NCBI GenBank assembly: GCA_964276515.1
Contig: OZ193909.1
Span: forward strand, 5,394,001-5,458,000
Length of the DNA stretch: 64,000 bases
Origin: Gordius albopunctatus
Taxonomy: Eukaryota
Reading direction: 5' to 3'
The translations under genes were made by a program, and so were the position numbers. Below, in pieces: positions 38,988-52,700 of the stretch. A model generated the notes under the pieces. The model was not told the DNA's origin. It saw nothing but the letters and a program-made list of their open reading frames with translations, and did not search any database. Position 1 is the first letter of the stretch. Every line of letters starts with the position of its first letter.

Positions 38988-39186
38988 TCCAATAGCTGTC
39001 TGTCACACTAAGGTAGTCAGCTTCTTTAGATATTTGGATAAGGGGTGATGCTCGGCTATCCAGGCCTGACAGCCGTTGTGACGATGTGATTTTTAATCTT
39101 TTTTGAAATAAGTGCCAGAGGCGGGATTGAACCTGCGAGCTCTTGCTTCAAATACTAAACCTCTACCCACTACGCCACCAGCCCCT
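38988..39186 (-). mobile_element. tRNA-derived SINE
   Basis: Head GGGGCTGGTGGCGTAGTGGGTAGAG...GGTTCAATCCCGCC (Pol III A and B boxes); 17-bp TSD GAGAATTATCTAATATT (38971-38987, 39187-39203). Confidence 0.85.
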
Positions 39187-39202
39187 GAGAATTATCTAAT
39201 AT

Positions 39203-42200
39203 TCTTCTTCTTCTTCTTTATCGTGTTGAAAATCCCACAGACGTGGGGTACGTTTTCAGCAGCCTCTTCCATCTGAGTCGTGTGAATGCCATCCCAATTT
39301 CCATCTGTTTGACGTCCATATCCTTTTCGACCAGTCGTTTCCAGGTGGCACGTGGTCTGCCCCTTCCTCTTCTTCCAGGCACGTCCATCTCCAGCGTTCG
39401 GCGTGTGACATCGTCTTCGTCTCTTCGTAATACATGGCCGTACCACCGCAGTCGATTTTCTCTTAAGAAGTCCTTCGTCGCTTGTATACCCATCTTTGTC
39501 ATCAAGGATTCGTTCGTCATGCGATCCAGCTTGGTGTAGCCTAAGCTCCATCGCACCATTCTCATTTCCGTGACTTGCAAGAGTTTCTCCTCCGCGCTGG
39601 TTACAGCCCATGTTTCGCTCCCGTAAAGCAAGACCGGACGCACGATGGTTTTGTACGCCTTGCTTTTAAACTAAATTGGTATCTTTTTGTCACACATGAC
39701 ACCGGAGATGCTGCGCCACTTGAGCCATGCTTTCTTGATCCGAGAATGGACTTCGGCGGTACATCCTCCCTCTTGATGTAATAGCGAGCCAAGATATGTG
39801 AACTTATCAACCTCCGTGTACCTTGGACCTTCAATTTTGTGCATTTGCGGACTACCGCCCATCGTTTGCATGTAAACCGTTTTCTTCTCGCTGACCTTTA
39901 ACCCGAATTCCGAGAAACGTTCTGACCATTTTTTCGCCTGATGAAAAACCCCTTCTCTTGTTTCATCGCATAGGACAATATCGTCGGCATATAGCATAGT
40001 CCAAGGGGCTGGCTTGTGCATGTCCTTTGTTATTGTATCCATAATTAGATTAAACAAGAATGGGCTTAACGCTGATCCTTGATGTAGTCCGATCATTATT
40101 CGGAAGGGTTTCGTTACTCCTACGGTAGTCCTAACAGATGCAACCGCGCCATTATACATTTCCTTGATAAGTCGAACATATCCTTCGGGTATATTTCTGC
40201 CTCTAAGGGACCACCATATTAAGTCTCTCGGAACCGTATCGTAGGCCTTTTCTAAATCGATGAAGACCATGTGTAATTTCTTTCTTATGTCGCCATATTT
40301 TTCCATCGTCTGCTTCAACGCAAAGATTGGGTCCATCGTTGATTTACCGGCCACAAATCCAAACTGATTGGGCGAGAGACAAACTTCGTCATCGAGCCTT
40401 TTCACTAGCACCCTTTCTAGTAGTTTTAGTGAGTGGCAGGTCAACTTGATACCTCTAAAGTTGCCACATTCCTGCGCGTCTCCTTTACCTTTGTATATGG
40501 GTATGATCGTACTTTCCCTCCATTGGTCAGGGATACGACTCTCATACAGCATAGCGTTAAATAGGCCTGTCATTATGTCGATTCCTTCTCCTTTGCACCC
40601 AAGCCATGCTTCGATCGGTAGATCATCGGGACCTAGCGCTTTCCCTTTCCGCATCTTCGTTAGTTGTGCTCCTATTTCATAAGCCTGAAATGATAAAACC
40701 AAGTTCGAGTTCGGTTCCACCCTCTCTAGCGGTCTTCTATCATTTGTTTTGTTCATCATATTTTGGAAATAATCTTTCCATCTTTTGATGACTTCCTTCG
40801 GTTTGCACAACGTTCGTCCCTCTTCGCTTTTAATGACTTTAAGTGTCCCGACATCTCGACTTTTTTTCTCCCTGATCTTTGCGAGTTTATACATGACTAT
40901 GTCGCCGCCCTTGGTATCGAGCTTGTTTGCCATCTCGGTGTAAGCGTTGTTCTTCGCTATCGCGACCGCTATCTTAGCTTTGCATTTCGCTTCACGATAT
41001 GCCTCGTAGTCTTCTCCTTTCTTCGTTTTGTACCATCGTAGGTACAACGTCTTCTTTTCTTCTATAACCTCTTTGACCGAGTCATTCCACCACCATAGTT
41101 CACGCTTGTGAGCTCTGCCGCCCTTAGTTCGTCCCAATATTTGTAAGGCCGTTTCCTTTAGAACATTTGCAACGGTGCCCCACCTTTTGTTAATGTCGCC
41201 CTCCAAGCCTGCAACCTTCAAGAGCGGAGTTGCTCGAGTGTGAAACATTTCATTTGCATGATCATCCTTAAGCTTTTCGTACTTTGTCCTTGGTGTGTAG
41301 ACTTTTCTCCTTACGGGAAAAATCTTTCTTGCTATATCGAGGACAACTGGCCGATGTTGTTTGGCGATTTCTTCCCCCGGTATAACCTTGCAATCTTTAA
41401 CTTGCCACAAATTTATGCGCTTCACTAATATGTAGTCGACCTGTGTAAGGTGATTTCCACTACTGTACGTCGCTATATGTTCGGTACGTTTCTGAAAGAA
41501 GGTATTCACAATGGCCATATCGTAAGCTTGCGCCATCTGTAGTAACTTCTCTCCCTCTTTATTTTTCACTCCATAGCCATGCCCGCCGTGATTTCGTTCG
41601 TACACGCCCCTTTCTTTCCCAACGTGCCCATTAAAGTCTGCTCCGATGATGAGATTCTCGTCAGGCTTCACGTAGCGTATTTCTTCTTCGAGCTTCTCAT
41701 AGAATTCGTCCTTCTCGTTTTCGGAACATCCAACCTGGGGCGAATACGCACAAATAACATTGACAAGGCCGCCTTGATCCGCCAGCTTTATGCACATCAA
41801 TCTATCCGAGCATCGTTTGACTTCGACTACCTTGTCCTTAAAGGAATCGCTAAGCACTATACCGACCCCGTTCTTCCGTGATGGGGAACCCGAGTAGTAC
41901 AGCTTGTAACCATCTCCTAGCTCCCTGGCTTTTGTTCCATGCCACCGTGTTTCTTGTAGACACGCTATGTGTATCCTTCGTCTTTTTAGCATCTGCGCAA
42001 CCTCGATGCTCTTCCCCGTCAGCGTGCCAACATTCCAGCTAGCCACTCTTGTCCGTTCGACAACTAGGTTCCTTAACCGCCTTCGTTGTGAGTGAGGCGG
42101 TGACCCTTGTATACTTTTCACATTGCACGCGCGGATGATGCAATGCGCGTCGTTTGGGGAGGACGCCCTAGCATTCTGGTATAAGTTCGTATTTGAAGCT

Positions 42201-42286
42201 GCCATGGTGTTTGGAGTTGCTTTTTACAGCCGGCTTCCGACCTGACGCCAACCCTCCACTTTTTTCACACGGACTTGGGACCGTCG
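39203..42286 (-). mobile_element. Near full-length RTE-clade LINE (APE endonuclease + RT); ORF 42205-39218 (~995 codons) with one in-frame TAG at 39671-39673
   Basis: SWNV, LQET, GADFNGH, VDY endonuclease motifs; QGSALSP, YADD RT motifs; (GAA)n tail; 9-bp TSD ATCTAATAT (39194-39202, 42287-42295). Confidence 0.97.
42245..42286 (-). ncRNA. Twister ribozyme motif (5'-clipped) at the RTE 5' end
   Basis: CGACGG TCCCAAG TCCGT GTGAAAAAAGTG GAGGG TTGG matches the twister P4/L4, P2' and T1 strands; the UAA-P2 5' strand is missing. Confidence 0.7.
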
Positions 42287-42349
42287 ATCTAATATATGAT
42301 TAAAAATTACTTGCTCATCATAACATAGGCCATTTTTAACCATTTTTTT

Positions 42350-45000
42350 AGGGGGAGACGGTCTTATGTATAAATTGGTCAAGATGAGAGATAAGAAAAG
42401 TCGCGATGTCGGAGTCCTTAAAATAGTCAAAAACGAAAAGAGTCAAACCTTATTCAAGTCGAAGGAAGTGATGGAAAGGTGGAAATGATATTTTAAGGAA
42501 CTTATGAATATTAAAAATGACAAAAATTCCTTTCCCTATATTGGGCCAAACATAAGCATTGTCCTATTCTTTCAGGACGTTGAAATTAGGACACAAATGA
42601 ACAAGTTGCAAAAAGGAAAAGCTAGTAGTGGTCCAGATGGAATTCCTATGGAAGCATGGGTCGGAATGAAGAAGGAGTCACGACTATAACAAATCTCTTT
42701 AACAAGATATTGTTAGAAGATCGAATCCTAATCAATGGACAGCAAGCACGACTATATTCTTATTTAAAGGCAAAGGAGACCCTAAGGATTGTGGCCATGT
42801 GCCCCGCCCCCTAATTTAGGAAAAAAGAAAAATTTCAATGCAAAAACCCTTAAAAATTAAAAAGAATTATGTTTTACCCCCTCCCCCTATTTGAACTTAA
42901 CTCAAATAAATACAGATGCTTGTATTAGCGAATTTACACATAAATTTAAATTATTTTGGTAAAATTAAATTAAAATTTGAGATTTTAGATCACTAGTTGC
43001 GATTGTGTTTGTGTAGTCATCATTTATTTCCTATTCCTAAAATTAATACATACATACATACAAATTCATTTCCCTAATAATTTCAAATTTAATGGATATT
43101 CGTACATACTTTATTAAAATTTTAATTATTTAGCAAAGGCTTTTTTGAAAATTTTATGTGTTTTGCCTAAATAATTTTGGACATATTTATTAATTATATA
43201 TAAATTTCAGAAAAATTTATGCAGGTATATTTTATATTACATTAATCTGATTATGAATATTGATTATTTTTATAGTTAAAAATTTTGTGCGGCTTGGCCT
43301 ATATTCAGTATTTTTTTAGTAAATTGCAAAAACTTTTTATACAGGTTTTCAGACATCTATTTTTTTCTGTATCATCATTATATAGTAATTGCATGTTTTT
43401 AATGTTTAATTATATAAAATTTTTAAATTATAGCATGCCAAAGGAAAATGAGGAGTGTAGAGCTGGATGATGGAGAGAACGAGTTGTGTTCGTCTATAGT
43501 ATTTAATAAAAGTTATAATTTAAGCTTAGTTAAAAATATGTAATTTTTGTGAATTTAATTTTTAATTTAAAAATAAGATTCATAATATAAATAGTATTAA
43601 CAATTTTAGCATGCCAAGTGGAAAGTGTAGAGCTGGATGATGGAGACAACGAGTTGTGTTCGTCTATAGGATTTAATGAAAGTTAGAATTTAAGCGCTGC
43701 CCCCCCCCCCTAATTAGCCAAATTTAAATCCGGAAATTTTTTTGGGATAGGCGAGACCTTTTTTTTGCTCTCAGAAAATTTTTTGAGATAGCCAAGGAAA
43801 AGATTTTGTTATCTGCCCCCTCCTAATTCAAAAGCTGGCTACGCCCATGATTGTGGCAATAACAAAGGTATCAAGCTAACTTGCCAATCTTTGAAGCTTA
43901 TGGAAAGGATTTTAGTAACAAGGATAAAAAACGAGGTGGAAATATCGCCTAACGACTTTGAATTGTTGCCGGCAAATCTAGAATCTACCCAAACTTTGCA
44001 CTTAGACAAGTGAGTGATGGATAAATTTGGGAAAAAGGGAAGAGAAAAAGCTTATGACACGGTCCCTCGCGATTTAACATGATGGTGCTTGGGAAAACAA
44101 AACATCCCTGACGCATATATAGGATTAATAAAAAATATTTATGAGGCCTCAAATGCGTGCGTTAGGACGACAGTGGGAGACTCTAAACCTTTTCGGGTTG
44201 ATATTAAGTTACATAAAAATCAATTCTAAGTCCAATTTTATTCGACATAATTATCGACACGATTACGAGAGACATTCAAAGGCCATCTCCTTGGTGTATG
44301 CTATATTCCGATGCTATATTACTATGTGAAAAGACAAAGGAGAAAGTATTTGAATAAGCCGAAAAGTGGTCAAAGCGTTTAGCTGGATTCAACGATCGAA
44401 AGGATTATACATGGACCATCCTTAGATCTTAAATAGGCGAAAGTAGACAGGTTTAAATATCTCGGCCCGGTGTTATATCAAGAGGGAGATTGCGCAACAG
44501 ATGTCAATGCACGAATTCGAAAAGGATGGCTTAAATAACGAAGTTCATCCGATGTAATGTGTGTGTGGCAAGAAAATGCCAATGGTTGTAGAGCAAGGCT
44601 TACAAATTCCTCTTACTCTAGGGAAGTAAAACATGGCATTTAACAACACGGAAGAAAAGCTATTACGAGCCAGGGAAATGAAATGATACGGGGGAGCTTG
44701 GGGCATACTAAGTTTGACCATATGACGCATGACTTTCTCATAACGAAAATGGGTATTCAACCTATGACGTACTTGATCAGCGAACTAAGAAAGGAGACGG
44801 ATGATGTAAAAATACGGACATGAAGATACCGGGGAAGATAGTAAGAAGACGACCTCGTGTCACGTGGAAAGTGCAAGTGGACAAAGTTATGAAAACTAAG
44901 AAGATTATTCAAGACATGGCACTTATCCGATAAAGATGGAATACATTTATTAAAACAAACCCCATGACTCTGGGGCCAATTGCATGACAAAGAAGATTAT
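42350..45000 (+). mobile_element. Old, degraded RTE LINE fragment interrupted by a MITE
   Basis: Homologous to 55715-57160 (LMYKL..., PDGIPMEAW, EKAYDTVP, YLG...); many stops and indels. Confidence 0.85.
42796..43849. mobile_element. hAT non-autonomous element (CATGGGCG family, long form) inserted in an RTE; internal ~100-bp duplication at 43430-43525 / 43608-43695
   Basis: 8-bp TSD ATTGTGGC (42788-42795, 43850-43857); right TIR TGGCTACGCCCATG. Confidence 0.85.
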
Positions 45001-45021
45001 TTGCAAGCATATATGCTCTAA

Positions 45022-46035
45022 TAGTGCTGTAAACATTTTTTTTTAATCGAATGCGTTCGCGTGCAACGTTCATTGGCAAGAATCGAACGCGTTAAAAAAA
45101 GGAACACGTTCACGTTCATGAATGCGTTCACGTTGGTTCAAAATTTTATAATATATTTTTTTAATTTAATACAAATAAATGTCTTATATTTTTTAACACA
45201 ATATATTCGTGATAAAAATAATAGTTTTATTTCGATTATATAATTATAAATATAATATAATAGAGCGAATATAAAGATTTTTATTTATAAAATTTCTCAT
45301 TTATTTATTAGAATAATTGTTTTTTTTTAATTTTTGTCGGATAAGCAGGAACACTTGGTAGTTAATGCAGCATTATCTATACTAAAAAACCGCTCCACAG
45401 GGATTGGAGTAACAAACAACACTTTTAAAGCAGGAAATTTATTAAAAATATTTAATTTTTTGTCCCTCGCTTCAAAAAATTGCGATAAGATATCATCCTC
45501 CAATCCGCCCTCTACTTCCTCGTCAAAAAAACGATATTTCGAAATTGACAGTTCTTTCATTAACAATTCTAGGAGTTTAAAACCCTTTTTTCTATAAAAC
45601 TCAAAGTTTATTCTTTTTTACATTTACATAGTAATGATTGAATTCGGCCCTTTATATGAAATAAGTGAAAAATATTTATCATATTTTGGCGATGGCAATT
45701 CATCTGCTGATTTTTAATATTCAGAATCTGAAGATTGTGACGATTTAATAATATGGTTGTCCATATTAACCTATAAATTAAAATATACATAATAATATCA
45801 AATGAATAAACTATGGTATGTTAAAAGTATTTCCGAATAGGTAATAGGAAAAACAGCTGATTAAAAAATATAAGACTTTTTTGTTACAAAATTCGGATTA
45901 ACATTATTTTTCAAATAAATAAAAATAAAAAAGGGTTTTTAAAATTGAACGGAATTAAAATTCGAAGGCGTTCACGTTCAAAGTTCACCGAAATCAATTT
46001 TTCAAAAAATTTGAACGCGTTCATTCACAACACTA
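45022..46035 (-). mobile_element. hAT deletion derivative retaining a dimerisation-domain fragment
   Basis: TAGTGCTGT ... ACAACACTA termini, TSD TGCTCTAA/TGCTCTAC, GAACGCGTTC subterminal repeats; ORF 45327-45566 FPALK...VERFFS...LSD. Confidence 0.8.
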
Positions 46036-49000
46036 TGCTCTACTAATTAAATCATATTTATACATTTTCTAAATTTTTAATGGTTATATTATAATAACAC
46101 TATGTTCATTTTCGTATTTAAAAAAAAATTATTAAGACGAGATACCAATAGGGCGGCTTATAAATTACTATGTGAAAAAAGTCAAGTCGTCAAAATCTAG
46201 TTTTATTGTCGCAAAGTAAATTTTGAAATAATCTTGATTCGAAGGACACCCCGATGCTTTTCTTACAGTAAGACTGTAGAAATCAATATTAGTATTATAA
46301 AGAGTCCAAAGCTGTACGGGAGATCTAATTTAAAAAATATATGATGACTAACTTGAAAATCTCTATGTTTTTTGATTTTAGCAAATTTTCTCAATTTTTA
46401 AATAAATTAAGATATACGAATTGGGAGGAAATATTACAACAAATTTGAAACAAAGGCGTTTTTTTAATAAGAACAAATCCCCACAAAATCACGATTTTCC
46501 AATATAAGAATTATAAATCAAAAACATTTATCGGGTAAAACGTAAAAAACTGTAGGGATGCTTAAAATTAAGGGTATATTAATTTCGACAACAGCGTTTA
46601 ATAACTTTTTGGCAATGAATTTAAAAAGGGGACATTATAACTTCGCACGGTTTAGTGATTTTAAAGTTCTCTTTTAAGCATGAAAATGCTTTAAAAAATA
46701 TGTTACATTCTAAGTATCATGCCTGTATAAGATAAAATTTCAATTAAAATTGGTCTATTATACAACTTATTATATATTTTAATATTCTCATTTTCCTAGA
46801 AAAGCTAAATCGTGGGTGGATTACCCTTCCGAATTGTCTAAAAAAACCAACGGCCTGATTAAATATTTGAATGTGTGAAATGCTTTGATGACTTATCGCA
46901 ATAATTTCAAAACATTTTTTAGAACCCTGTTAATAAATATTGAAACGTCTCGAATTGCCTGAATTATAAATTGCAAGCTTGACAATAGTTTAAAATAGAA
47001 TATGAACGATTGATTAGGAATATCCAATGTAAATTTAAAGTTAACGCTGCCCACTTGGTATGTCAATTCATAACTACAATAATTAAAAAGCCAAGATTAT
47101 GCTCTTTTTTTAATAAGGAGTAATTAGTGACGTACGTAAGGGGGGGGGCCGCGCATTTCAAAAAATATTTTTATTTTTTAATAAATATTGCAGATAATTT
47201 TTCCCCATACTATTTCATCGAATTATATGATATGACGTTTATAATAAATATTTTTTTGTGAATGTGTGTTTGTATTTAAATAAATTGTAAAATTAATGGG
47301 ATTTTTACTTTACCCTCCCCCCCCCCCGGCAGAAAAATCCTGGGTACGCCCCTGGATGTAATTCTATATGTCTATTTGCGATTATATATAAAATTCCGTT
47401 TATGTTATAATATAAGCATTAACTTTACAATAGCTAACAAAATAATAGGTCAAAATATTTTCAAGATGTGAAACTTTTATGAATAAGACTATTCTATGAC
47501 CAATTCTAGTCTATTGAAATTTTAACATGCTAAGGTTGCGTCTAATTTAACCTTTTTATAACTAAATGCATAATAATCTAATTAATTGTAAAACACGAAT
47601 TTAAACCTATCATGTAGTAAAATCATTCATTTGGCTAAAAAATTAGTTTGCCTCCCCTCGAGAGATTAGCAAGTGCCCTTCGTACGCCAAATGGCGCATT
47701 AGGCCACATTAATAATAACGTGTGTAATTAATTGTTCCTGTAAAAAATTCGATTAATGGCATATAGTCTATAAATTCGAAAGTCTTGTATGTGGCCATTT
47801 AATGAAAAAGCCTAAAGTCATATTCGCAAATATTCTCCACAATTCCCTATCTTGCCTAAAAGCCAGCATTAAATTCAGGTTCATGCCAAGTGTTTGCATG
47901 TCGTGAAAGACCTTTTAAAGCAAGTTGCCTTTGAACGTGAGACCCTTAAAGGAGAAAGACACTAAAATACGAATTGAGGCCATAGCGGATAACCTTCAGG
48001 CAAAATACTCATTTCCTGATTAAATATTATTTGTGGGAGGGGTTTACAGCGCATTTAAAATTTTTTCGATATTATCGTATTAAGAAAGGAAATTAGGCAC
48101 ACAATACATATTTATTTATGTTAACCTGCAGTTTTTCAGGCTGATAGATCTCAACCGTAGAAAAAAAAAGTTCAAAATTCTTGGCAGGCCTGAAGCGTCT
48201 CGAGCGTGATGTCCAAATTACTGGACAGGATATGATTTGACTCCACATCAACTTCAGTGTAAATCTCGGGTGTAAGATTTGATTCCAAGTGTATATAGTT
48301 AATTCGCAAGAACAAATGTAACAAATTGACACCAATCATCTAGTTATCAGCTGTTCAATTTTTCCACCTTTTTACAATTGAGGTGAGTCCTATTTACAAT
48401 ACATAGGCTGCTAATCATAAAATTTAACCCTGTTTAATGATAATTGTTTTTAATTTTTTGAACTTATTTTAAATTTTTGATAATGCAAATTCCTTAAGTA
48501 TTTATTAATTTCTCATTAAATATGGCTAAAATATGTTTTCTACTATCATAATGGAAACTACTCGGGGTAAAAGAGCATATAAGCGTAAACAAATGTGGGG
48601 AAGCTAAAATTGAAGGGTTGTCTTTATAAAATCGTTAAAAATGCTTTTATTATATAACAATTTCGGCAAAAGCTTTTAATAACTCTACAGCAATAAAACT
48701 TCGCACGCACCCCTTTACATCATCTCGATGCTAAAAGCTCTAAATTTCTTCAAACTCGACATAATTTAAACCTTTCACATTATGATTTTTGAAAAAAATG
48801 TAATTACTTATGTTAAGCTTATTTATAAATTTGCACTTGGAAGAAGAGTGTTTTAGAGAGCGCGCAACACGTATTGTTTTAAAGCTTTTTCTACCTCATT
48901 CAAGGTAGGTATGAATTACAATTAACATCCCCGAGGGCATTTACAATAGTAATCGAAAAAATCCTGATTTGAGTTTTTTAGCCTTGTTAATTATCAAAGA

Positions 49001-49746
49001 ATCTACCAAAATAATTATTTTTAGTGGTTTTATATGTAATTAATTTTATATTAAAATAGCTCAATCTTTTCATGGATAGAAAAATTACTAATTTTTCATC
49101 ACGATTATCATACTAACTTTTACTAATGTTGTAAGTAAGGACTAGATTAAAAATTATGACCTGGGGATAACTCCTTTAGCCTACCTCATGAAAAAAAGAT
49201 ACTGGAATTATAAAGATTAGAAAAAACAGCAGCCTCCAAGATAATGATAAGCTTTCACATAATGGCGTTACAGAAAAAAGTTGATTTGCTTTTGTAACCT
49301 TAAATAATAAAAAATATTCCCTACAACATAGGTCATTTTTTATAATTTTCAAATTTAAGAAAGAAATTGCGGTTAAGATAATGCGCCCTCGGGCATATGT
49401 GCATCAACGAGAATTGGAGTGATTATTGATTAAGATTTTGGTAACTTCCAAGGTTTCTTCTTACATACAATTTTACAAAAGGTTGAAAATTCTATAATTT
49501 CAAAAGGGGCGCGGGTTTCAGAAACACATCGATTTTTACCATGCGTTTCAAATATATAATTGAAATAAAATTTAAATATATATTTGTTTTATATTACATT
49601 GTAGTTTTAAAAAGTTCATATTCCCTGACCCCCTCTTTTCCCCTAAATTTTAAATCAATCCTATGTTCAATCGATCGAAGGACGTTTAATTAAAAGAATT
49701 GTTTAAAATCATCGTGATAATATTGCACATCTTGTATAAAGATTGC

Positions 49747-52700
49747 ATGCCGAGGACATTTGTAATGTCACCCCGCTTTTGGATATCCTGGTGTCATAGT
49801 GCGCCTTTGATATTTCCCGGACGACCTTATTGCTTATCGACCACCGATGTCATATCCATCACCAAAGAGGGTATAATATTTTATTTGTCGTTTACTGTTT
49901 TGTCATGCAAAATTTTTTGATTTCATTCAAAGAACTAAATATCTTTATTAAAATATGCGCTTTAAAGACCCCGTAAAATCATGTATATTAATCAAGTCTT
50001 TTCACAAATTATCGCTAAATTTTCAAGAAAATTCGGGAAATCTAGAATAGATTAAATGTTACACACTAAAGCGTTTCGTGATTTTTAGCTAGGAACTTAG
50101 TAGAGTAGAAAAGTCTTTTTTACAATGTAAGAGTGATAAAGTGAAATTTGTGCGTTCACAGAAATGACATACGAGCGTTAAAAGGCAATTTAAAGGCTAC
50201 TTTCATTGAGGTTGTAGTCAGATGGAGTCGATAGGGGACAAGCGACCTAGCGACCTTACCTATAACTTTTAGCAAAATTATGGGAAAATTCCAAAAATCA
50301 TTATAAACTTGAGCCCATCCACATTTATAATGATTTCTGCAATCGTTATGAATAAAAGTCACCAAATAAGAGGCTCACTCAATATTTTTTAAAGAGGTTT
50401 TCGTAAAAACGCGCAACGGATTACCCTATCTACCCCTCCCTTTGCCAAGGCGGAGCGAGGTTTTCGAGTTTTACCTGAAACCCTTTTCACAAAACGTGTC
50501 CGACCTTATCAGCCAAATAAGGTACGAAGATCCTGCTATCACCAAATTAGCCCTCTATTCCACAGGTAGTAAAATCGATAAATAGTTCCTCTTTCCACTT
50601 GGTAACTCGACACCGCTCCTTCGTGTTAACCTTGACTCAGCTTTCATAAAAATTTTATCAACTTTTCTCTAATCTCAAACAAACCGAAGTGTGATTTATA
50701 TAATTTTTGAGTATGGATTCTTACCCCTTGATCATTGTGATTCTAATCTTAAACCATGGGCGTAGCCAATGGGGGGGGGGCAGAAAATTTGTTTAAATTT
50801 ATAAAAATTATGGCTAAAAATTTTAAAAAAATGAACAATTTGCCCCTCCCTAAATCATTATTGCCCCCCCTCCTCTAATTCAAATGCTGGCTACACCCAT
50901 GTCTTAAACTAATAATTCGTGCGCGAATTTTGAAGAATAAACCACAATATTTTTGCAAAGCAGTTATAAAGAAAATAATCGACTCTTTGGGAAAATGGTG
51001 TGAAATAACAGGACTCCGCCATTACATTCACTCTTGACTTGTAGATATAGGGCCACGCATTGCGGGGATTGAGGCAATAATAGTTACGTTTAGAATTATG
51101 TGTAACTTAATTTTAAGATGCGATTTATAATGTTTGACCCTGCATTCACTATTAAATAAAACTAAAAAAATTGTTTCCTCAATAACGAATGAATCATTTG
51201 TTGAAAAATCATTGAATTTTCGTTATTTCTTATGAAGTTTAGCTGGTAATAGAATTTCGCATGGCACGTCGATAGACACGGTGCTACAGGATGTGTTTTA
51301 CATAGTCCTGGATACGGTCGTTTACAAAGTCGGAAAATCAACTTTTATTTCAGAATCTTTAGGTAACAAAACAGAAAAAGTCTATTTGACGCCTTCTAAA
51401 TTATTCTTAGTATAATGGTGTCATTTTTAAATTAAGGACATTGTTCGTTTTATCTTAACTAAAATATGTCAAGTGAAGTGGTTACTAATTTAAACTTTCT
51501 AAGTCTATCTCATTTTAAGTAATGTTTTACACTTAATTTGATTAAATTAACATATAATTTTTAGACATTTTTTCAAAATAACTAAATAAATTTAAAAAAC
51601 AATTATACTTATGTTGACAATCACAATAGCAAAACATCTTATTTGGCAACTATCCATTACACAATTGATATGCCTAGAATTTGAACTTTAAAAAATTTAT
51701 TTAAATTAAGTTGTAAATTATGGACCATCTGATTTATTAAACCGTAACTAATATTATAGTATTATCTTTACAAAATTTGTATTTTTTAACTAATAATAAA
51801 CTTATTTATTTATATTTAGATCAGTTAATGGAAAATAGAGTCATAGAGATTCGTTCTTTGGTTAACGATCTCTACATGCACATGAATTTGGACACTTACG
51901 TTTCGATGAAAATCAAAAAATTACAACTCAAACTCATGCAACTCCGATCAGAAATTCAACCCCTGGAAGAGGTAACACAAATTTGGGCATTTATACTTAT
52001 ATTGTGTAAATAGGCCAATATTTCAATAGATAAATTTTAAACTTAACTTTAGATGAACATTCTAAATGTTTATTATGTTATTAAAGACTAAATCGGCGAA
52101 CTAGGATTTTATATGTTATATCTTATTTCTTGAATCGACCCTTATAACTAAAGTCGTATATTCGTCGCGTACTCACCACTATCACTCCGTGTTGTCCAAC
52201 ACAGTCATTTTATGGTGTTTTCGGATTAAAATTTACTTTAGCCCGCCACCATTATATTAAATTGAAATTTTTGCGCTTATTTATTTATGAAAATTAACAC
52301 TACCTACGACGGTACCAAGTCCGTGTGCAAAAAATGGAGGGTTGGCGTCAGGTCGGAAATCGGCTATAAATATCAACTCCAAAATTATGATAGTTTCAAA
52401 CAAGATTTTACAAGAAAAGGCTAGGGCGTCCTCCACAAACGACGCGCACTGCATACCCCGCCCGTGCAATGTGAAAAATACACTAGGGTTACTGCCCAAC
52501 TCACAACGAAGGCCGTTAAGGAAACTAGTTGTGGAAAGAATGCGAATTACGTGCTGGAATGTGGGAACGTTGACGGGGAAGAGCATCGAGGTCGCACAGA
52601 TGCTAAAAAGAAGAAAGGTGCACATCGTCTGCCTACAAGAGACGAGGTGGAACGGAACGAAAGCTCGGGAATTAGGAGAAGGATACAAGCTTTTCTACAG

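Noticed and set aside
39105..39186. tRNA gene
   Set aside because: Has A/B boxes but no clean acceptor or anticodon stems; continues into a body flanked by a 17-bp TSD, so it is a SINE
47640..48390. Moderately GC-rich stretch with an AG|GTGAGT donor upstream of MCU
   Set aside because: No convincing open frame on either strand; may be a 5' UTR exon but cannot be supported from sequence alone
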